Of a stretch of DNA of 33,977 nt, positions 25,830 to 33,977 are shown piece after piece; the stretch's first letter is position 1; every line of letters starts with the position of its first letter. The stretch is from Paraspadella gotoi (Eukaryota > Animalia > Chaetognatha), in the NCBI GenBank assembly GCA_051294375.1, contig CM119270.1, positions 1,947,060 through 1,981,036 on the forward strand, in the 5' to 3' direction. The notes under the pieces are model-generated. The model did no database searches. It was not told where the DNA came from and saw only the letters and a list, made by a program, of their open reading frames with translations. Position numbers and translations under genes: made by a program.

Positions 25830-26080
25830 CGGGTCGGCGGTCGGCGGTCGGTCGTTCGGTCGGTCGGTCGGTCGGTCGGTCGGTCGGTCAGGTCGTCGGT
25901 CGGTCGGTCGGTCGGTCGGTCGGTCGGTGTCGGTCGGTCGGATTCGGTCGGTCGGTCGGTCGGTCGGCGTCGGTCTCGGTCGGTCGGTCGTCGGCGTCGG
26001 TCGGTCGTCGGTCGGTCGGTTCGGTCGGTCGGTCGGTCGGTCGGTTCGGTCGGTCGGCGTGTCGGTCGAGTCGGTCGGTC
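25830..26080. repeat. (GGTC)n tetranucleotide tract; duplicate at 20568-20814
   Basis: Read directly. Confidence 0.95.
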
Positions 26081-27224
26081 ATAAAATTTTTTTGCATAGT
26101 TTGATAATTTATCATTCGTGATATTTTGAGATGATGTAGGACACTTACCGACAATATTTTGGGGTGGGACCGACGGACCGACAAAGTGAATTGGACAAAG
26201 ATTAAAAGAACTATAAAATTTGACTGAAAGAGTTAATTTCGTTTCCTCAAAAAATGTATGCCAAGAAAAAAATTGAGTTCGTTTTTATTGAAAAAATATT
26301 GCTAAAAAAAAAGGTGGAGCAGGTTTGGAATACCATTTGACCGCCCTATGTAACCCGCTAACCCGAATTCCCAAGACACCACGACCCGAGGTCAGTACAT
26401 TCCATGGTGCCCTTCAATCATGGAATGCGGCATACAACGTTTTTGGATGTAACTCTTTGTTGTACACTTCGGATGTCATTTTTCATTTTTTGCGCACCGC
26501 TTTCCCCAATTTGACTTAGATGTTAGATTGGGTCGATGGCGGATATCCTGCGGATGACATTCACAGAATACCTGAACTTGGGAATAATCCCTCCGTCCTG
26601 CAACACACTCTCCCTTATGGCTGGGATTACAGCGGGCAACCAACGCCCGCCGAGGTGAAGAAGGGATTCTTAAAAAGGGAGTCATTTTACTGACCGGCGG
26701 GAACTGATTATATATAATATAAGATAACATAAAAAAATATAATCTAAAATATCTAGTATATGTTGAATTTATTTTATATCAATTCAAATAAAAATATTTA
26801 ACAATTATTAAAATTTAATAACTTCGAAAAAGGTTGGATTAATAAATTTCACGCTTACATTCTCGAAAATTGTGTATGAAATTGGTACAACCAATATAAA
26901 AATTATTCATTCATTTAATAAATAATAATAAATCTTGTCCCTGACTTTGGACAGGCTTTAGTGATTTAAGTCCTCCATCACACTTACAAGATAATACATA
27001 GCAGGTTTCTGCAAGCTTTCAATCAAGACTCTCTCACAGTATTGTTTATTCACTCCTAGTGAACTTGGCTTCCTCATCAATGAAGTAGTAAAATATTTCA
27101 AAGAATGTTTCAATTGTATGAGAGTGAGTGAATAAGAAAGCAGATTGTGAAAACCCATTTTGGTGGTTTTTTCCTAAATAAAATAGATACAACTAATATT
27201 AAAATTCATTTATATAATGTTCCT

Positions 27225-27374
27225 GGACATGCGCTGACGGACGGACGGACGGACATCATTTTTTTAATAATTTATAATAGTTCGATGTTCTGACATTATT
27301 GAGGGGGCGCACCGATGGACCGACAAAGTGGATTATATAGTCGGAATCTGCTGATAAGCAGATCTGACTAAAAA
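27225..27374. mobile_element. End of a non-autonomous Helitron/Helentron-like (HINE/DINE-type) element; duplicate near 21980-22124
   Basis: (GACG)n short tract, gaccgacaaagtg, then hairpin tagtcggaATCTGCTgataAGCAGATctgacta followed by an A-run. Family assignment is by structural resemblance only. Confidence 0.5.
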
Positions 27375-27464
27375 ACAACAACTCATCGCACAAACCGAGA
27401 AAAATAGGAAAGATTAATTAATATTATTGAATGAATGTATCGATCAATCAAACAACCAAGCAAG

Positions 27465-27465
<1 letters not shown>

Positions 27466-27538
<73 letters not shown>
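27466..27538. repeat. (AATC)n microsatellite; similar tracts at 28417-28442 and 28931-28959
   Basis: Read directly; intronic, directly flanking exons 1-3. Confidence 0.95.
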
Positions 27539-27540
<2 letters not shown>

Positions 27541-27558
27541 GACGCAACGCCCCGTTAC

Positions 27559-27668
27559 CTCCCACAAGATCTGAGCGTCGCCTCCATTTTGCAGCAATTT
27601 TCGTCGATGTCAACTAAGAAGGGGCGGCTCTCTTTGATCTCGACGTCCTTGTGCGACAATCGTTCCAG
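27559..27668 (-). CDS. Exon 3 (LERLSHKDVEIKESRPFLVDIDENCCKMEATLRSCG), helical/coiled-coil-like
   Basis: Acceptor aataattcag, donor AG|GTAACG; 110 nt, phase 0 to 2; open. Confidence 0.8.
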
Positions 27669-27909
27669 CTGAATTATTGAATATTATGCTTTAAATATTA
27701 ATAAATATTATGTTTTGAATAACTGTACATTTTTTTCGAGATGTTTTATCGACTGTAGGATACTAAAGGCTAGTTCCACACGTAATATGCATCGAGCTGG
27801 CTCATCCCTGTCCGATTTTCTCTGATTCTAAAATACTTTTAGTCCCAACATTTATTTTCTGCCGCTACTAAGTAGCAAAGTTTCAGCAGGGCCGATCCGC
27901 CGAAGTAAT

Positions 27910-28295
27910 TGCTGCTGCAGAAAAACTGACCTGCCAATCCAGCTCATGTTGCGGCAACACTGACTAGCCATACCACATCCTGCTGGGGCAACACTGACCT
28001 GACGTTCCTGCTCCCACTGCAGCATTATTGACCTGCCATTCCAGCTCCCGCTGCAGCATTACTGACCAGTCATTCCAGCTCCCGCCACAAAATTACTGAC
28101 CTGCCATTTCAGCTCCCACTGCAGCGTTACTGACCTGCCGTTCCAGGTCTCGCTGCAGAATTACTGACCTGCCGTTCCAGCTCTCGCCGCAGCATAACTG
28201 ACCTGCCGTTCCAGCTCTCGCTGCAGCATTACTGACCTGGCGTTCCAGCTATTGCTGCAGCATTACTGACCTGCCGTTCCAGCTCCTGCTGCAGC
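27910..28295. repeat. 34 bp minisatellite (CTGCAGCATTACTGACCTGCCGTTCCAGCTCTCG) x about 11; duplicate at 22657-23046
   Basis: ctgac recurs about every 34 nt from 27926 to 28266. Confidence 0.92.
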
Positions 28296-28407
28296 AGCAC
28301 GAGCGAAACTAAAATCAAGTCGCTTCTTCTTTCGTTTTCTTCTTCGTCTTTCGGTTTTGAGTCGCAAAAGTCGTTGGAAGAAGAAAGGGACTTGGCGCTG
28401 GAGAGGC
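28271..28407 (-). CDS. Exon 2 (GLSSAKSLSSSNDFCDSKPKDEEENERRSDLILVSLVLLQQELERQ)
   Basis: Acceptor tttctcaccag, donor CAG|GTCAGT; 137 nt, phase 1 to 0; open (overlaps ORF 28229..28426). Confidence 0.8.
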
Positions 28408-28968
28408 CTGGTGAGAAATCAATCAATCAATCAATCAATCAATTAATCGAAGATTGATTAATCAAATCAATTATGCAGTCAATCAGTCGGTGGAAGAAGA
28501 AAGCGACTTGGTGCTTGAGAGGGATGGAGAGCCATCAATCAATTAATCAGTAAATCAGACAATCAATCATTCAATCAGGAAATCAATAAATCATTCCAAA
28601 AATCAATCAATCAGTCAAGCAGAAAATCTATTAATCAATCAATCGATAAATAAATGAATCAATCAATAAATCAGGTGGAAGAAGAAAGCCCGGTACTTGG
28701 CCTAAAGACAATAAAATTAATTAAGCAATAAATAAATCAATCAATGAATCAATAAATCAATGGAAATTAAACCGTCAACCCTATTAAATTTATTCTTTTA
28801 AAAAATCAATCAATCACGAAGTGAAACAGTCAGTCAATCGTTCAATCTTTAAATTCTATTCAATTCAATTATTTCAATAAATCAATGAATAATTCAATTC
28901 AATTAAAAAAACAATTCAGATAACATTAATTAATCAATCAATCAATCAATCAATCAATCCATTCATAC

Positions 28969-29038
28969 CTAAATGCTTGGTCGGCGACACGCTCCCGCTC
29001 GTAAAGGTAGAGAGGGCGGATTCTCGCCCCGAATCCAT
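28969..29038 (-). CDS. Coding exon 1 of ZU5-like gene (MDSGRESALSTFTSGSVSPTKHL+G); the ATG may be internal if an upstream exon exists
   Basis: Acceptor cttaacag before 29045, ATG at 29038-29036, donor G|GTATG. The 70 nt end in phase 1, matching the next exon. Confidence 0.7.
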
Positions 29039-29287
29039 TTTTATCCTGTTAAGTTTTTTTTCTTTTTCTTTTTATAGAAATTTTTTTTTTAGGTTTTTTT
29101 TTCTTTTTTTGAGTGAGAATTCGATTTTCAGGGTGGAATCATTTCCTTTCCATCGTGCGAAGCTGAAAGAAGAAAAAGAAAATGGATGACAATTGGTTGG
29201 TCGGTCGGTCAAAAGGTGGCCTTATTTTCCCAGAATGCCCCATTTAAACTTGAATTTGGAATTAGGTTAATTTTAAAGTTTAAGCTT

Positions 29288-29322
<35 letters not shown>

Positions 29323-29812
29323 TGTTTATGGCTCGGCATGAGTCCCGGGTGAGGGTTAGGGCCAGGGATATGGCTCGCTGGTGATGTCGCGAGCCAAGGG
29401 AATGGATTAGGTTTAGGGTTAGAGCTACTCTGGCTCTCGTGACCCAGCCTTATCCTGGGCTCGGGCCTCTGGTTTAAAGTTTGGCATGGAGGTTTAGAGT
29501 TAGGGTTCAGGATTAGGTTGATATCAAGGTTAAAGATTATAGTTTTATTATTTAATACTAAGATCAAAATTAAATTCTGGGATAGTGCAATGTTAATGGG
29601 GCGCGATGGGAAAAGAGAGCCCAAAATAGGTCATTGATAGCGAATGGAAGGTAGAAAGCGATCGTAATCAAAATAATCGGGTCGGTTGTTTTAGTTAAAC
29701 GAAAAGTTAAAATGAAAATGAAATTATTTAAAAAACAACTTATAAGTAAAAAAACGACTAACTGTGTGGAGTATGTATAAAAATTCTAAAATATTGTTTC
29801 TCTGTCCATAAC

Positions 29813-29814
<2 letters not shown>

Positions 29815-29875
<61 letters not shown>

Positions 29876-30007
29876 AGAGAGAGAGAAGAGAGGGGCAAGA
29901 GGAGTCAGCAATAATTTCCTGCGCGCGCGAGGCTTTTTATTCGAAATCGCACGCAAAGAAAAAGAAGGAAAGATTAGAAAAAAGAGTAATTGCAAGAGAG
30001 AGAGAGA

Positions 30008-30073
<66 letters not shown>

Positions 30074-30265
30074 AGAAGAGAAGAGAGGAGAGATTTTATA
30101 ATCCAAAGAGACTCATGATTTTTTTTGTATGAAGGTACCGGGAATTTTGACTTCCCATTTTTGTTTTCATAATTTCGTTTGGTTTAAAAAAAATCGAGTT
30201 TTTGACGGTCAAGAGAGATTGAGAGAGAGAGAGCGGAGAGCGAGAGAGAGAGAGAGAAAAGAGAG

Positions 30266-30306
<41 letters not shown>

Positions 30307-30326
30307 CAGAGAGAGAGAGAGAAAGA

Positions 30327-30380
<54 letters not shown>
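29815..30380. repeat. Three (AG)n tracts (near 29815-29890, 29995-30090, 30210-30380); shorter versions near 24645-24910
   Basis: Read directly. Confidence 0.95.
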
Positions 30381-30384
<4 letters not shown>

Positions 30385-30639
30385 TCCTCAAACTCCTCAG
30401 GATCTCGAGTTGAGGTCGGCTCGTCGCAGATGTTTCTTTAACTTTGACATGAAAATCGAAGCCTTGACGACAAGAGAAGGAGGATGAGGAGGAGGAAGTG
30501 GAGGAGGGGGAAAGGAGGAGGAGGAGGAGGAAGAGGATTATGTCATGAAATGACGATGCAAAGAGCCAAGTCAGGGAAAGCATCTCTGGACCCAGGAGTC
30601 GGGGAAAGGAAATGTCGAGTAAATAGGGGAAGATGAATA

Positions 30640-30950
30640 CGACTATGAGGACGACAGCGAGAGGGACAACAACGACAACAACGACAACAACGACACGAAC
30701 GATAAAGAAAACTATAAAAATGCCGGTTATGAGGTCGACAACGACGACGACGACGACGACGTAGACGACGACGACGACGATGAAGACGTCGACGACGATG
30801 AAGACGACGAGAATGGCAACGACGACGACGACGACGACGATGAAGACGACGACTATGAAGATGATGACGACGACGACGATGAAGTCGACGACGACGTCGA
30901 CGACGACGACCACCAAATAAAAATTCCGACGACGACGATGAAGATAACTA
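30640..30950. repeat. Degenerate (GAC/GAT/AAC)n trinucleotide tract
   Basis: Read directly; the poly-Val ORF 30209..30958 derives from it. Confidence 0.85.
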
Positions 30951-32429
30951 TAAGACAAAAAAATTCATTGGCGATGTTGTTATTGTTGTCGTCGTCGTCG
31001 TCATCATGCAATTTCGATTTTATTTCAGATTTTTAGGATTTTGATCTCTCAAAAATGGGACAAAGTGGGACAAAGATTGACTAGTTCTCGTTTTCTAGTG
31101 TCCAACGATGACGTCTAAGATGATGACGACGACGACGACGACAACCACCTAAATATTTCCAGACTTAAACTTAAAGACTTTTGCAATTGAACGGCATCGG
31201 ACTTAATGAACAGTGGACTGGAAATTTAGAGATTTGGGTGGAAATATTTTGCTTTCCTTTTTTTAATCATTTCTTTTTCTTTTAATAATCAATTTAATCT
31301 CATGCGAATAGCAGTATAGATATTTTCTTATTTTTTTGTTTCGCTTTACGTTAATTTCTGCATTACAAAAAATGATTAAAAAGAAACAAAATAAGAAGAG
31401 TGTAATTATTTTAAATCACACATCGTTCGAAACCTGACCCTGAAAAATTTACAGTTTTAANNNNNNNNNNNNNNNNNNNNNNNNNNNNNNNNNNNNNNNN
31501 NNNNNNNNNNNNNNNNNNNNNNNNNNNNNNNNNNNNNNNNNNNNNNNNNNNNNNNNNNNNNNNNNNNNNNNNNNNNNNNNNNNNNNNNNNNNNNNNNNNN
31601 NNNNNNNNNNNNNNNNNNNNNNNNNNNNNNNNNNNNNNNNNNNNNNNNNNNNNNNNNNNNNNNNNNNNNNNNNNNNNNNNNNNNNNNNNNNNNNNNNNNN
31701 NNNNNNNNNNCTCCTTTTTCTTCCTCCTTTTCACATCAACGAAGAAGGAAAGACGCGACGTCATTTCACGTGAAACAAACTTCTTATTTTTTTCTCGTGT
31801 TTTTTGTTTTTTTGGTTTTTTTCATTGGTGAAAAAAATTTTGAAAACTAAAATTAAATAAACTAAACTATACTAAACTAAACTAAACGCTTAGACGCTTT
31901 TTATACAAACGAGACTTCAACATTACGTCGGTGAAAAAAATATTCAGCTTGGTCTCACATTTTCTTCTGGTTGATTTTCTTAACTGAGGAAAACTCGAAA
32001 CATTTTTTAGCCTCGCGCGTTTATTAAAAATTTATATTTGTAAATTCCCCCCAAAAAATTACTGGGAATTCTTTTTATATTCTTGCTGGATTCACATTTT
32101 AAAATCCAGTTCAATGCGTTAAAATAAATTAAACATATTCGGAGAAAAAACATTGTTTAAAATAATTAAAAACGTTTTACTTAAATATTAGAAACTAACG
32201 ACAATAGATCGACATCAGCAATGAAAACGGCCTCAATGAATTGTAAGACATGCAACGGAAATAGATGCCTATGCCAAGCAGATACTTTGCCTTTTATAAT
32301 TAATTGAATAATGACATATTCACTGTACTATATTTTAAATTTGGTTTAAAAACTCTTTCCCTTCGCAAGGGGGCGGCCTGAAGCTCAGGTTTCAGAGTTT
32401 CTACCAGCGATATTGATTGACGTCGGCGA

Positions 32430-32490
32430 AAAGCGGACGGAAGGCGGGCGGAAGTGGGCGGGAGGCGGCCGAAAAGTAGGCGGGAGGCAG
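32430..32490. promoter_or_regulatory. Possible CpG/GC-box promoter cluster
   Basis: Several GGCGGG boxes and a CGGAAGT ETS-like core in a GC-rich island about 3.4 kb upstream of the minus-strand ATG; motif match only. Confidence 0.25.
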
Positions 32491-33032
32491 CCGAGAAGGT
32501 TGGGGGGGTTGGATATGTCTAGATCGTCGGGTCGAGATCTATGGTTAATCGGCGATCGGCAAAAGACCGAGAGACCGAGAGACCGAGAGACCGAGAATAG
32601 AGAATTCGCCGAGAGTTCAAAATGATGGNNNNNNNNNNNNNNNNNNNNNNNNNNNNNNNNNNNNNNNNNNNNNNNNNNNNNNNNNNNNNNNNNNNNNNNN
32701 NNNNNNNNNNNNNNNNNNNNNNNNNNNNNNNNNNNNNNNNNNNNNNNNNNNNNNNNNNNNNNNNNNNNNNNNNNNNNNNNNNNNNNNNNNNNNNNNNNNN
32801 NNNNNNNNNNNNNNNNNNNNNNNNNNNNNNNNNNNNNNNNNNNNNAGAGAAGAAAAAAAAAGTAAAGAAAAAAAGAGAAGTGGATGGGTGAAAGATCGTG
32901 GAGGTGGATTGGATAGAGAAGTGACAGATAAGAAAAATCAAAGAGAGGAAAAGAAAAAAAAAGAAAAAAGACAAGAGAAGACATGAGAGAAGAGAAATCA
33001 TCATCTGAAGAGGAGATTCGAGAGAGAGAAGA

Positions 33033-33300
33033 AAAATGAGAAGAGATTAGAAAGAAAGAAAAGTAAAATGAGAAGAGATTAGAAAGAAAGAAAAGGAAAA
33101 TGAGAAGAGATAAGAAAGAAAGAAAAGGAAAATGAGAAGAAATTAGAAAGAAAGAAAAGTAAAATGAGAAGAGATTATAAAGAAAGAAAAGGAAAATGAG
33201 AAGAGATTAGAAAGAAGTAAAAGGAAAATGTGAAGAGATTAGAAAGAATCAAAATGAAAAGAAGATGAGATTAGAAAGGAAAAAGAAAAGGTAAAATAGA
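33033..33300. repeat. 32 bp purine-rich tandem repeat (AAAATGAGAAGAGATTAGAAAGAAAGAAAAG[T/G]) x about 7-8
   Basis: aaaatgag recurs at about 33033, 33065, 33097 and onward. Confidence 0.9.
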
Positions 33301-33600
33301 TTAAAAAGAAGAGATTAAAAAAAGAGAAAGAAAAATAAAAGTGAAAAGAGATGAGGAAAGATACGAAAAGAAAAATATATGGAAAAGAGATTAGAAGAAA
33401 AAAAAAATAAACAGAAGAGATTAAAAAGGGAAAAAATGAAGAAAAAGGTTAGAAAGGAAAAAATCTTCTTTTTATTTTTTGTTCTTTTTCTCGGTTCCAT
33501 TTTTTCCAGTTCCACTTTTCGTCTGCTCTTTCCTCTGCATTCCTGCGATTTCCAAAGATTAGTGCGCAGCGGGAATCTTGCTTGCTGCTATTGCTTACTG

Positions 33601-33830
33601 ATTTTGCTTCCTTTTTTGCTTCTCTTGCAGGCCGTTTTGCTTGCTGTCTCGGTGATTTCGGATACCGGTTTTGCCGCTCTCTCACTGCTCTTGCTTTGTG
33701 ATTTTGTTTCCTTTTTTGCTTCTCTTGCAGGCCGTTTTGTTCGCTGTCTCGGTGATTTCGGATACCGGTTTTGCCGCTCTCTCACTGCTCTTGCTTTGCG
33801 ATTTTGCTTGCTTTTTCGCTGCTCCGGCTG
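33601..33830. repeat. 100 bp tandem repeat, about 2.3 copies, with Lys/Ser/Ala-rich coding appearance on the minus strand
   Basis: attttg starts at 33601, 33701 and 33801; the first two units are near-identical. Confidence 0.85.
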
Positions 33831-33977
33831 ATGGTTTTGCTTGGTCCCTCGGGGATTTAAGCCAGTTATGGTTGCTCTCTATCCTCTGGCACGGTGATTT
33901 TGCTTGCTTACTCTTGGTCTTTTCGGATCCTCTTTCAGCTGCGCCAAACTTACCATGCTCGAATGGAGCCACATAAA

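Noticed and set aside
28283-28410. Plus-strand exon using ttccag...cctg|gtgag
   Set aside because: The minus-strand reading has matching phases with both neighbours; no plus-strand partner exons were found.

Overview
Eukaryotic (probably invertebrate animal) draft-assembly DNA: AT-rich introns, many microsatellites, six N-gaps and indel-rich long-read fill. Nearly all long ORFs in the track are repeat artefacts. Reading the minus strand by hand gives one multi-exon gene, from ATG at 29038 to beyond the left edge. Most of its GT-AG exons join with consistent phases; a few need a 1-nt correction and the 290-3880 part is poorly resolved. The protein has an N-terminal helical/coiled-coil region, a long Pro/acidic linker and tandem ZU5-like domains, reminiscent of ankyrin, PIDD1 and DTHD1 (by motif recognition only). 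Two multi-kb blocks occur twice (about 4.4-11.9 kb vs 11.9-18.0 kb; 19.8-25.1 kb vs 25.1-30.2 kb). Both adjoin 25-N gaps and are most likely overfilled-gap or haplotype artefacts; one copy carries a private MITE-like insertion. The most unusual signal is that all three large minisatellites in the gene (about 42, 34 and 28 bp units) are amplified copies of the gene's own exon-intron junctions, giving arrays of up to about 95 tandem candidate splice sites. Further single junction duplicates occur beside other exons.
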